This document shows, in pieces, positions 18,894 to 27,802 of a stretch of DNA of 64,000 nucleotides. The stretch spans positions 608,001-672,000 of the forward strand of contig CBDETK010000013.1 in NCBI GenBank assembly GCA_965242865.1. Direction: 5' to 3'. Made by a program: the position numbers and the translations under genes. The stretch comes from Candidatus Latescibacterota bacterium (lineage in GTDB: Bacteria > Latescibacterota > UBA2968 > UBA8231). How positions within the stretch are numbered: position 1 is the first letter of the stretch; each line of letters starts with the position of its first letter. The notes beneath the pieces are model-generated. The model worked only from the letters and a program-made list of their open reading frames with translations, did no database searches and was not told the DNA's origin.

Positions 18894-21250
18894 AGGCCGG
18901 GGAGTGGCAGCGCGACTTCGGGGCACTAAGCGCACTCGGGGCCGCGGTCGTCGTTTTCTTTTGGCCGGCTGCCGCGCTAGAGGGGGCGTTTTTCGTGCAG
19001 GACGTGATGGTGCAAAACCACCCGTTCCGCGACTTTTTCGCCCGCGCCCTCCGCGAGGGCCAGTTGCCGCTGTGGAATGCGGCCATCAACTGCGGCTTCC
19101 CCCTGTTTGCCGAAGGCCAAGCCGGGCCGCTGTACCCGCCCAATGTGGTTTTGGCGTTGCTTTTGCCCACTTGGGCCGCGCTAAACTGGAACATTGTCTT
19201 GCATTTGTGGCTGGCTGGCGCAGGGATGTACGCGCTGGTGCGCGGTTTTGGCGCGGTGCGGCCGGCCGCGCTGTGCGCCGGGCTGTGCTATGCCCTGAGC
19301 GGGTACATGGTCGTGCGGGCTATGTCGCCCAACTTCATCGACGTGTGCGCTTGGTTGCCGCTGCTGTTTTGGCTCGTCGATCGCATCCTCAACCGAGGCC
19401 CCTTTTTTTACGCACTGCTCTTGGCCTTAGTGCTGGGCTTGCAACTGCTGGCCGGCCATCCCCAAGCCGCCCTGTACGGGGCGGTTGCCGTCGCTGGTTA
19501 CTGGCTTTATCGGAGTTGGGTGCAGGGCGTGGGGTGGATCGCTTGGCCGGCGCTGGCTGGCGTTGTCGCGCTGGGGGCGGCACTCGCCGCGGTCCAACTC
19601 GGACCGACCGCCGAGCTGGTGCAGCTATCCAACCGCGGGTCCGGCCTGTCGTGGGCCAGCTTTGTCGCGATGTCGCTGCCGCCCGAGCGGCTGGCCACGT
19701 TGCTATGGCCCAACCTCTTCGGCAATTCAGCGCACGGCACGTACGGGAGCCGGGAAGTAGGCTTTTTCATCCAGCTCTGCGCTTACGTCGGCGTGGTGCC
19801 CCTGTTCTTGGCGTGGGCGGCCCTGCGCGAGCGGCGGGATGGCCAAGTCGGTTTTTTTGCCGTGCTGGCCCTCGCTGGGTTGGTGCTCGCCTTGGGCCAA
19901 TACACGGCCATTTTCTCGGTTTTTTACCAGATTCCGGGGTTTAGCCTGTTCCGCATCCCAACGCGCTTTTTGTTGTGGTTTGCCGTGGGGGCCGCGGTAC
20001 TGTGCGGTCTCGGCCTCGACCAAGTGTTGCGCCGGCCGCGGCCCCGGGCCGCCAACGGCTGGCTGGTGGCCGCGGTCCTCGGCGTGGCCAGTGCCGGCCT
20101 CCTGTGGGCTGGCGGGGTCGCGCTCTTGGGCGACGGTGCCTACATCCACCACGTGCGCGGCGATGGGCTGCGGCTGGTGGGGGCGTTGGCCGTCGGCGCG
20201 TGGCTGCTGGGCCGACGGGCGCGACGCGCCGCGGCGTGGGCCGCGCCCGTGGTCATTTTTGCCGAGCTGTACAGCTTTGGCGCGCATTTTAACGGCACCA
20301 TCGAGCCAGCCGCGTACACCGACACCCCGGCAACGGCCCGCCAGATTTTGGCCGACCATGAGGCCGTTGCGCCGCCGCGGATCATTAGTTTAGTCTCCGA
20401 GCGAAACTCGCCATTCGACTGGCACGGCGGATGGGCCTACGACTTGGCGTCCTATCGGCGTTATAACGAGACCTTGCGGATGTATTCGGGGGGGCAGTAC
20501 GGAGTGGCGAATGCCCTGCCGGGCTGGAGCCCGCTGCACCTGTATCGCCACGGGGAATTCGCCCGCGGCTATCCGGCCTTTGCCGCCTTGGCCGGCGTGG
20601 AATACGCAGTGCGCTCCGGTCGCGGCGGGGCCATTGACGTGCAGCGCCTGCCCGCGCCTTTGCCCCGCGCTTACGTGGTGGGCCGATTCCACCTCGCCCG
20701 GAGTCCGCAGGCCGGGTTGCGCTACATGGCTCGCGGGTTTCCGCAGCGGCGCGAAGTGGTCTTGGAGGACGCGCCGGCCGCCTCACTGGGGCCGGGCGGC
20801 GCGGCGCGGATCACCCGCTACGAGGACGAAGCCGTGGCCGTGGCGCTGGCCGACTCGGCCCGCGGAATTTTGGTCTTGAGCGATACGTACTACCCGGGCT
20901 GGCGGGCCTTTGTCGATGGGGTGGAGCGCCCGATTCTCCGCGCCAATCACGTGTTCCGCGCCGTAGAGGTCGCAGCCGGAGCACAAGAAGTAGTCTTTTT
21001 GTACGAGCCGAATAGCTTCCGCTATGGCTTGCTGGTCAGCGTGGCCGCGGCTGGGCTGTGGTTGGGGCTGGCTTGGAGCGGTCGGCGGCGGGCCTTTCCG
21101 CCGGTGGCGAATATGCCGGCCGACGCCGGAGCGCCGTGGAAAGTTCGGGCCGGGCTGGGGGCCTTGATCGTCGTGCTCCACGCCATCGCCACGCAGGGGC
21201 CGTTGTGGAGCGGGTGGCTCGAACGCCTGCGGCTCGGGGTGGGGTCGTGA
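18890..21250 (+). CDS. YfhO-family (GT-C fold) membrane protein
   Basis: PLWN....CGFPLFAEGQ.GPLYP, LAGHPQ, FRIPTRF and LVLSDTYYPGWRAFVDG..RPILRAN motifs. Confidence 0.85.
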   Translation: MKAGEWQRDFGALSALGAAVVVFFWPAAALEGAFFVQDVMVQNHPFRDFFARALREGQLPLWNAAINCGFPLFAEGQAGPLYPPNVVLALLLPTWAALNWNIVLHLWLAGAGMYALVRGFGAVRPAALCAGLCYALSGYMVVRAMSPNFIDVCAWLPLLFWLVDRILNRGPFFYALLLALVLGLQLLAGHPQAALYGAVAVAGYWLYRSWVQGVGWIAWPALAGVVALGAALAAVQLGPTAELVQLSNRGSGLSWASFVAMSLPPERLATLLWPNLFGNSAHGTYGSREVGFFIQLCAYVGVVPLFLAWAALRERRDGQVGFFAVLALAGLVLALGQYTAIFSVFYQIPGFSLFRIPTRFLLWFAVGAAVLCGLGLDQVLRRPRPRAANGWLVAAVLGVASAGLLWAGGVALLGDGAYIHHVRGDGLRLVGALAVGAWLLGRRARRAAAWAAPVVIFAELYSFGAHFNGTIEPAAYTDTPATARQILADHEAVAPPRIISLVSERNSPFDWHGGWAYDLASYRRYNETLRMYSGGQYGVANALPGWSPLHLYRHGEFARGYPAFAALAGVEYAVRSGRGGAIDVQRLPAPLPRAYVVGRFHLARSPQAGLRYMARGFPQRREVVLEDAPAASLGPGGAARITRYEDEAVAVALADSARGILVLSDTYYPGWRAFVDGVERPILRANHVFRAVEVAAGAQEVVFLYEPNSFRYGLLVSVAAAGLWLGLAWSGRRRAFPPVANMPADAGAPWKVRAGLGALIVVLHAIATQGPLWSGWLERLRLGVGS

Positions 21251-23079
21251 CGGCCGGGATCATCGGGGGGGCGGCCGGGCTGGCCGCGCTCGCGGTCTAT
21301 GGCATGACCCTGTGCCCGACCGTGTACGTCGAGGGGAGCGGCGAGTTGATCGGCGCGGCCTATCGGCTGGGAACGGCGCATCCGACCGGGTATCCCTTGT
21401 TCTGCCTCAGCAGCCGCGTGCTCGCGTCGGCCCTGCCGTGGGTCCGGCCGGCGCTGGCCATCAATGCGGCGTCGGCCCTGTTTGCCGCGGCCTGTTGCGG
21501 GGCCTTGGCGGCCGTGCTCTACGGGCGCGGGGTGCGGCCGGTGGTCGCCGTGGCCGCGGCCTTGGCGCTGGCGTTTTCGCGCACCTTTTGGGCCCAAGCC
21601 GTCATCGCCGAGGTCTATGGCTTGGCCTTGTTGCTGGTGGTCTTGGTGTGGGGCCAGGCCCTTAGAGCGTGCGAGCGCCAAGAGCCGCGCCAAGTGCTCC
21701 TCTTGGGCTGGCTCATGGGCTTGGGACTCACGGCCCACTTGATGCAGGTGCTCGTGTGGCCGGGCGTGGTCGCGGTGTTGGCTTGGCGCTGGCCCGCGCT
21801 TTGGCGGCGGCCTCTGTTGCTGGCGCAGGGGATGCTCGCGGCCTTGGGCGGGTACAGCTTGGTGGCGTACCTGCCGCTGCGCAACGGCCAAGGCACGGGA
21901 TTTCACTGGGGGCCGCTCGGCGACGTTGCGGCCCTGTGGCAGCACTTGAGCGGTGCGCTGTATCGCTCGTCGTTTTTTTCGCTGCCCCTAGAGGGCATGT
22001 TGCTCAACGCCCAGCGTTGGCTGGCGCAGGCCGCGGGCGAGTTCCATCCCGCGTTGCTGCCGTTGATCGCGTGGGGCGGGTGGGCAGCGTGGCGTCGCGA
22101 TCGCAGTACGTTCGCGTTGGCTGGGGGGGCCATCGTCTGCAATTTGGTGGCCGCGCTCAACTACCACCGCGACCCCAATGGCCTGCCGGTGTTTTACCTG
22201 CTCAGCATCGCGGGGTTGACCCTCTGGTTGGGCTTGGGGTTGGACGCGCTGGCTCGGCGGGTGCGGCCGGCGGTCTCGGTGCCGCTGGCCGCGCTCGTCG
22301 TCGCCTTGGTGCTCAGCGCGCACTACGAAGAGTCTGACCGCAGCAAAAATTGGGTTGCCGACCGCTATGGCCGCGACATCCTCGCCGATTTGCCGGTCGG
22401 AGCGATCCTGATTGCCGAGGGAGACGATGCGTCGTTTGTGCTCGACTACCTGTTGCGCATCGAAGGATTGCGCCCGGATGTAACCCTGTACAACCGTCTG
22501 GGACGCGGGACGGATGTACTCGCTTGGAGCGAGCACGCCCTACCGCTAAGGCCGGATCGCCTGCGCTGGCAGCGCGAGGCCGCATTGGCGCGGGGCCAAC
22601 GCCCGCTTTTTTACGTCGTCCCGCGCCGCTCGCCGATTGCGGGATGGGTCTTTGTGCCGACGGGCTTGGTCTATCGCCTGCAAGCCCCCGGCGACCGCTC
22701 TGGGGCCGCCCGGCCGATCGAGATGGGCAATGCGTTGGCCACGGGCTTTTTCCGCGATCCTTGGGTGCGAAAAATTCAGAGCAATTACTATTTTATGGCC
22801 GGCGAGGAGCGTCTGTGGGCCGGAGATCGGGCCGGGGCTACGGTCGCGTTTGAGCAGGCCGCGGCCCTTGCTTTTGACTCGCGCACCACGCGCTTTAACG
22901 CGGCACTCAAGTTGTTTGAAGTCGGCGAATTGGATCGTGCGATGGACCATGCGGCGGCCGCGGCCGCCATTGACCCTTGGCAGCCTACGCCTTATCGCTT
23001 GATGGCGCGCATCGAGCGCGTACAGGGGCGTTATGACGCGGCGCGCCGTTGGAATGAAAAGGCGAGCGAGTTGCAGTGA
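21247..23079 (+). CDS. DUF2723/TMEM260-like membrane glycosyltransferase with C-terminal TPR-like helices
   Basis: SGEL..AA..LGTAHPTGYPL, FWAQAVIAEVY and YLPLR motifs. Confidence 0.8.
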   Translation: MTAGIIGGAAGLAALAVYGMTLCPTVYVEGSGELIGAAYRLGTAHPTGYPLFCLSSRVLASALPWVRPALAINAASALFAAACCGALAAVLYGRGVRPVVAVAAALALAFSRTFWAQAVIAEVYGLALLLVVLVWGQALRACERQEPRQVLLLGWLMGLGLTAHLMQVLVWPGVVAVLAWRWPALWRRPLLLAQGMLAALGGYSLVAYLPLRNGQGTGFHWGPLGDVAALWQHLSGALYRSSFFSLPLEGMLLNAQRWLAQAAGEFHPALLPLIAWGGWAAWRRDRSTFALAGGAIVCNLVAALNYHRDPNGLPVFYLLSIAGLTLWLGLGLDALARRVRPAVSVPLAALVVALVLSAHYEESDRSKNWVADRYGRDILADLPVGAILIAEGDDASFVLDYLLRIEGLRPDVTLYNRLGRGTDVLAWSEHALPLRPDRLRWQREAALARGQRPLFYVVPRRSPIAGWVFVPTGLVYRLQAPGDRSGAARPIEMGNALATGFFRDPWVRKIQSNYYFMAGEERLWAGDRAGATVAFEQAAALAFDSRTTRFNAALKLFEVGELDRAMDHAAAAAAIDPWQPTPYRLMARIERVQGRYDAARRWNEKASELQ

Positions 23080-23082
23080 GTG

Positions 23083-23105
23083 CTTGACGAGGTTTTGTGG
23101 GCCGT
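23083..23105 (+). repeat. Left direct repeat of the HaeII-like RM cassette
   Basis: cttgacgaggttttgtgggccgt, 22/23 identical to 24886-24908; contains a TTGACG -35-like hexamer. Confidence 0.85.
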
Positions 23106-23141
23106 GTTAATTGGATTTTGCTCACCAGAGGAGGCTTTTCA

Positions 23142-24104
23142 GTGAATTCTAGCAAGTGGACGTTTATTGATTTGTTTGCTGGAATCGGCGGAATGCGTAT
23201 CCCGTTTGCAGAATTCGGTGGAGAATGTGTGTTTAGCTCGGAATGGGACGAATTCGCTCAGCAAACCTATTACAGCAACTTTGCTGATATGCCAGCCGGC
23301 GACATTACAAAAATTGACGAAGCGGCCATTCCCGACCACGATGTTTTATTGGCCGGCTTTCCTTGCCAGCCGTTTAGCATTATCGGCAACAAGCAAGGTT
23401 TTGGCGATACCAGAGGGACCTTGTTTTTTGATATAGAACGAATTTTGCAAAAAAAGCAGCCGCCGGCGTTCCTGTTGGAAAACGTGAGGCAATTGGTAAG
23501 CCACGATAAAGGAAGAACCTTTTTGATAATACGCGAACGCCTCAAAGAATTGGGCTATACGATATACTATAAAATTTTGAATGCGCTCGATTTTGGGTTG
23601 CCGCAAAAAAGAGAGCGAATTTTCATCGTTGGGTTCCGCGAACAGATAGCCTTTGATTTTCCCATGGGCACCGGGAAGTACAAGCCTTTGTCAGATATTC
23701 TCGAACCGGATGACGAGATAGACGACAGTTTCTTTGCCTCAGAGAGAATCCGAAAATCCCGTCTTAAAAAATGCAAAATAGAGCCGTTTTATCCTTCTAT
23801 TTGGCACGAAAATAAGGGAGGCAATATATCGGTACTGCCATTCTCATGTGCGTTACGAGCGGGAGCATCCTATAATTATCTCTTAGTAAATGGCATTCGG
23901 CGTCCCTCAAGCCGGGAACTCTTGCGACTCCAAGGTTTTCCAGAGAACTTTAAGATCGTTACAAACATCACGCAGCTTAGGAAGCAGACGGGAAACAGCG
24001 TCGCAGTGCCGGTAATTCGTGCGGTCGCGGAGAAAATGCAAGAAGCCTTACGGGAACGAAAACGGTCTGAACCTCATGCTAAACAACTCAGATTCTTTGA
24101 GTAA
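23142..24104 (+). CDS. DNA (cytosine-5) methyltransferase, HaeII-like system
   Basis: DLFAGIGG, GFPCQPFS, ENV, PQKRERIF and GNSVAVP motifs; GAGGAGG RBS before GTG. Confidence 0.93.
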   Translation: MNSSKWTFIDLFAGIGGMRIPFAEFGGECVFSSEWDEFAQQTYYSNFADMPAGDITKIDEAAIPDHDVLLAGFPCQPFSIIGNKQGFGDTRGTLFFDIERILQKKQPPAFLLENVRQLVSHDKGRTFLIIRERLKELGYTIYYKILNALDFGLPQKRERIFIVGFREQIAFDFPMGTGKYKPLSDILEPDDEIDDSFFASERIRKSRLKKCKIEPFYPSIWHENKGGNISVLPFSCALRAGASYNYLLVNGIRRPSSRELLRLQGFPENFKIVTNITQLRKQTGNSVAVPVIRAVAEKMQEALRERKRSEPHAKQLRFFE

Positions 24105-24117
24105 GGACTTCCGCCCA

Positions 24118-24890
24118 ATGGATAATCGATACGCTAAACAATGCTTGGATAAAGTTATCAAGAAGGCACGTGTCCATTTGTACAAACCCATACAAATCGC
24201 CGAGATACTATACCGAGATAGGGTAAAATGCGATATTGATCTTGGCAATTTAGAAACCTACAGAACAAACTCAAGAAAATGGCGCGACGAAGTTTGTTTG
24301 ATACTTTTAGGAAGAACTTCGACTTCAAGTGCTAGATTTCAAGATAATCTTTTTGAAGAGAACGCGACGCCTCCCTCTGTTTTGGTAAAATTAGGAGAGA
24401 TAAATCGAAGACATAATGGAGCAGTTGAAGCCTATATTTACGATGCCTTTAGGTCTCGACATATCCAGATGTCAACCGGATTAGAGTGACCAATGCTGCC
24501 GATAGAGGACTTGATATGTGGGCAAACTTTGGGGTCGCTATTCAGATAAAACATTTATCGCTCACACTGCCAATGGCGGATGATATTGCCAGCGACATAA
24601 CGGCCGATAGAATTATTATTGTTTGCAAAGAGTGCGAGAAGGAGGTTCTCGTTTCTGTGTTGCAGCAGTTCGGCAATGCTGGCAAAATTCAGAGCGTGAT
24701 AACAGAAGATGAGCTTGATCTATGGTACGAAAAAGCCTTGAGAGGTCGATCCGCGGAATTGATCGGCGACAAAGTGATGAAAAGATTGGAGGATGAGATT
24801 AAAGTTGAATTTCCTTCAACTGCTGAATTTGAAGGGTTTTTTGCGGAGCGAAGATACGGCCATTTGTCGCTTATTGGTATTTGGTCTTGA
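24118..24890 (+). pseudogene. HaeII-family restriction endonuclease with internal deletion and frameshift at ~24485
   Basis: KKARVHLYKPIQIAEILY and SSARFQD in frame 1, then VTNAADRGLDMWANFG.AIQIKHLSL in frame 2; the middle section is missing. Confidence 0.75.
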
Positions 24891-24908
24891 CGGGGTTTTG
24901 TGGGCCGT
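24886..24908 (+). repeat. Right direct repeat of the HaeII-like RM cassette
   Basis: cttgacggggttttgtgggccgt; supplies the TGA stop of the REase. Confidence 0.85.
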
Positions 24909-24948
24909 TTTTTGTAGGGCAGGACGCGAACTGTAAAAGGATGTGGAT

Positions 24949-26394
24949 ATGGAGCACCACAAGACGAAAGTAGCAACCGGCTTGGTCATGCCGCTATTCG
25001 GCGATGTCGCGTCCGCTCCGCGTGCTCCCCACAGCGGTCCGGCCCGGGCGGAGTTGCACCAGCGGTTTGCCGGTCGGCTGCAAGTCAACCCGCAACTGAG
25101 CCGCAAGTTGGTGTCGTACCAAGGGAATAAGGGGGCGGTTGGGTTCCGCTGGCTGAAGTACAAAGAGGGGTTTTCCACCGCGCTCGTCCGTCAGTTCATT
25201 GAACGCGGGCAGGGAACGCAGGTGTTGGACCCGTTTTCAGGGGCCGGGACGACGGTACTGACGGCGATGAGCATGGGGATACCGGCCACGGGCATAGAGA
25301 TTTTGCCGCTCGGCACCTTGGCCGCGCAAGCCGTAGCGGACGCTGCAAACAAGGTGTCCATTGGCGAGTTCCGATCCGCCGCCCACTGCTTGCTGGACGC
25401 CATGGCCGCATGCGACCAAGACGATGAGTACGCGCTCAAACACGCTGCGATTACCAAAGGGGCCTTTCCCGCCAGCACGGGACGCGAGATTGCAAGTGCG
25501 CGAAAGTTCATTGCCCGGATGGCGGAACCAGCCCTTGCGTCGATGTTGAACGTCGCCTGTTTGAGTGTGCTCGAAGAAGTCAGCTACACCCGCAAGGACG
25601 GCCAGTTCTTGCGCTGGGACCCGCGCTCGGGCCGCACCGTTTCCACGAAGCTGAACAAGGGGCCGCTGCCGTCGTTTGCCACGGCCCTTGCCACGCGCCT
25701 CCAGCAGATGATGCAGGATTTCCCGCTGCTGAAAGAACGCTATGCCGGCCCGGTCCCGACGTTCATTACGGGTTCTAGTTTGACCGAGTTGCAAAAATTG
25801 GCTACCGGCCAGTTCGATTGCGTCGTCACCTCGCCCCCCTATGCCAATCGCTACGACTACACGCGGACGTATGCTCTTGAGTTGGTCTATCTAGGCTATG
25901 ACGACGCCCAGATCAAGGCGTTGCGACAGGCCCTGTTATCGGCCACTGTGGAAAATCGCTGTAAGCGCGCCGGGCTGTGCGCCGCTTGGGGGGACGCGCC
26001 CGCTCTCGAGCGGGTCTTTCGCATGGTGGATCAGCAAGCGGCCTTGCAGGAGGTCCTCGCCATCTTGCGCGACTGCGCCGCCGAACTGAGCAATCGCAAT
26101 GTGATTACTCTGCTGGAAAACTACTTTACGGAAATGGCCGTCATCGTGCGCGAGTTGGGCCGCGTCGTGTCTGCCGGAGGCCGCGTATTCATGGTCAACG
26201 ACAATGTGCGCTATCACGGCGAAGAGGTGCCGGTCGATTTGATTTTGTCGGATTTTGCCGAGCAGTGCGGCTTTCGCTGTGCCGCGATATGGATGTTGCA
26301 GCGGGGCAAGGGCAATTCTAGCCAGCAGATGGGCCGCTTCGGCCGGCGCGAGATCAGAAAATGCGTGTACGAATGGATCAAGGTCGATGAATGA
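24949..26394 (+). CDS. DNA methyltransferase, probably N4-cytosine (SPPY)
   Basis: YKEGFS, LDPFSGAGTT (motif I), VTSPPYANRYDY (motif IV). Confidence 0.88.
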   Translation: MEHHKTKVATGLVMPLFGDVASAPRAPHSGPARAELHQRFAGRLQVNPQLSRKLVSYQGNKGAVGFRWLKYKEGFSTALVRQFIERGQGTQVLDPFSGAGTTVLTAMSMGIPATGIEILPLGTLAAQAVADAANKVSIGEFRSAAHCLLDAMAACDQDDEYALKHAAITKGAFPASTGREIASARKFIARMAEPALASMLNVACLSVLEEVSYTRKDGQFLRWDPRSGRTVSTKLNKGPLPSFATALATRLQQMMQDFPLLKERYAGPVPTFITGSSLTELQKLATGQFDCVVTSPPYANRYDYTRTYALELVYLGYDDAQIKALRQALLSATVENRCKRAGLCAAWGDAPALERVFRMVDQQAALQEVLAILRDCAAELSNRNVITLLENYFTEMAVIVRELGRVVSAGGRVFMVNDNVRYHGEEVPVDLILSDFAEQCGFRCAAIWMLQRGKGNSSQQMGRFGRREIRKCVYEWIKVDE

Positions 26395-27349
26395 CGCACA
26401 ACTTAGCAGTGCCCAAGCCCGCGCCTTGATCTTGACGAAGGCCATCAAACGCCGCGATGACGTGCGCGTCCGCACGTTGGTTGAGGGTTTTGATGGCGCG
26501 TTGGATTACGAGGGCTATGGACTGGAAAAACTCGCAATCTCGGATAAAGCGTGGTCATGCGTCCAGCGGTTACAGGTTGCTCCGCGCATGGTCTTTGCCC
26601 ATCCAGACGTGCTGCGGCAGCATCCCGAAGCCTCGTTGTATTATCGGGGGATCGCGACCTTGTCCCTAAAGCGGGTGAGTAGTTTGGCGGCCAGTGTAGA
26701 TACGTGGGAAAACCCGACGCAAGGGAAACGCCGCCCCCCGACCATCGAGGTCGTCTGCCGAGTTGTGCGGCTCTACAACGCGGTGATTTCTTCCATTATC
26801 GAAGGAACAGATGCGTGGACGCTGGAAAACGGCTACCGCAACATCTTGGCGACTATCGGCATCAGCCAAGACGGGAAGATGCGCAACATCATCGGGCGAG
26901 AAGCCGAACGCGCAGTCCGAGATAAGTTGCTCCAATGGATTGAAGCGATGGGGATCCCCTGTGAACAAAAGGGGGGATGGTTTGAATTGGGCGCGGCAAA
27001 AACCGTCCGCATGGCCTACGGGTCTGAGCCTGATATTGTATTTGAGAAATACGACGAGCAGAAGCAGGATTGGGCCTTGGAAGTGACGATTGAGATCAAG
27101 GGCGGCATGGACCCGGCCGGTGCCCTAGAGCGGTTAGGAGCCATCAAGAAGAGCTTCGAGCGAACCCCGGCCCGGGTGGAAAATATCGCCATATTGGGCG
27201 TGGTCACGTCTGCGATGCGGACGGAATTAGACCAAATGAAGATAGTGGATTTCGACCTGTATGACGTGGTCCACTCCAAGGAAGGGTGGGACCGATTCGC
27301 GCAAGAGTTGTTTTACCACAAGCTGCGGTTGCTTCCATGGAAAAACTAA
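26387..27349 (+). CDS. Type II restriction endonuclease, XcyI-like
   Basis: SEPDI...IEIKGG.DPAGALERLG PD-(D/E)xK motif; overlaps the cognate MTase stop. Confidence 0.72.
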   Translation: MNDAQLSSAQARALILTKAIKRRDDVRVRTLVEGFDGALDYEGYGLEKLAISDKAWSCVQRLQVAPRMVFAHPDVLRQHPEASLYYRGIATLSLKRVSSLAASVDTWENPTQGKRRPPTIEVVCRVVRLYNAVISSIIEGTDAWTLENGYRNILATIGISQDGKMRNIIGREAERAVRDKLLQWIEAMGIPCEQKGGWFELGAAKTVRMAYGSEPDIVFEKYDEQKQDWALEVTIEIKGGMDPAGALERLGAIKKSFERTPARVENIAILGVVTSAMRTELDQMKIVDFDLYDVVHSKEGWDRFAQELFYHKLRLLPWKN

Positions 27350-27789
27350 ATCGCATACTCGACCCGAATAAGGTCGTCCTCAACCTCGCGGCGCAGCGCA
27401 ACTTCGACGCCATCCGCGAATTGGCCGCCGTGCTGTGGCAAGACGCTGTGCCCGCGCCCGAGCAAAAGCGCTTGCTCGCGGCCTTGATTCGGCGCGAGCA
27501 ACAAGCCTCCACCGGCATTGGCAAGGGCGTGGCCGTGCCCCACGCCCACGAGGACGCGATCCAACACCAACTCTTGGCCATCGGCCTCTCGCCGGCCGGC
27601 ATTGACTTTGACGCGCCCGATGGGCAGCCCGTCCACATCATCGCGCTGCTGGTCACCCCCCTCAAACACCAAAAACAGCACATGGCCCTGCTGGCGGCCC
27701 TGTCGCAGCGCTTGCAGCAAGAGGAAGTGCGCCAGCGCTTGCTGCAAGCGGCCAATGCGGCCGAGGTCGTCGATATTTTTACGGGCTGA
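27337..27789 (+). CDS. PTS EIIA (Ntr/fructose-type) domain protein
   Basis: RE..ASTGIGKGVAVPHA phospho-His motif and GIDFDAPDGQPVH. Confidence 0.9.
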   Translation: MEKLNRILDPNKVVLNLAAQRNFDAIRELAAVLWQDAVPAPEQKRLLAALIRREQQASTGIGKGVAVPHAHEDAIQHQLLAIGLSPAGIDFDAPDGQPVHIIALLVTPLKHQKQHMALLAALSQRLQQEEVRQRLLQAANAAEVVDIFTG

Positions 27790-27802
27790 GTGCCGCGCAG
27801 TC

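Noticed and set aside
23142-24104. This C5-MTase as the cause of CCWGG loss
   Set aside because: It is paired with a HaeII-like REase (family target RGCGCY) and looks recently inserted, whereas the depletion appears old and window-wide.
24480-24495. Programmed frameshift or natural two-subunit REase
   Set aside because: No slippery site, and a middle section of the family sequence appears missing, so deletion is the simpler explanation.
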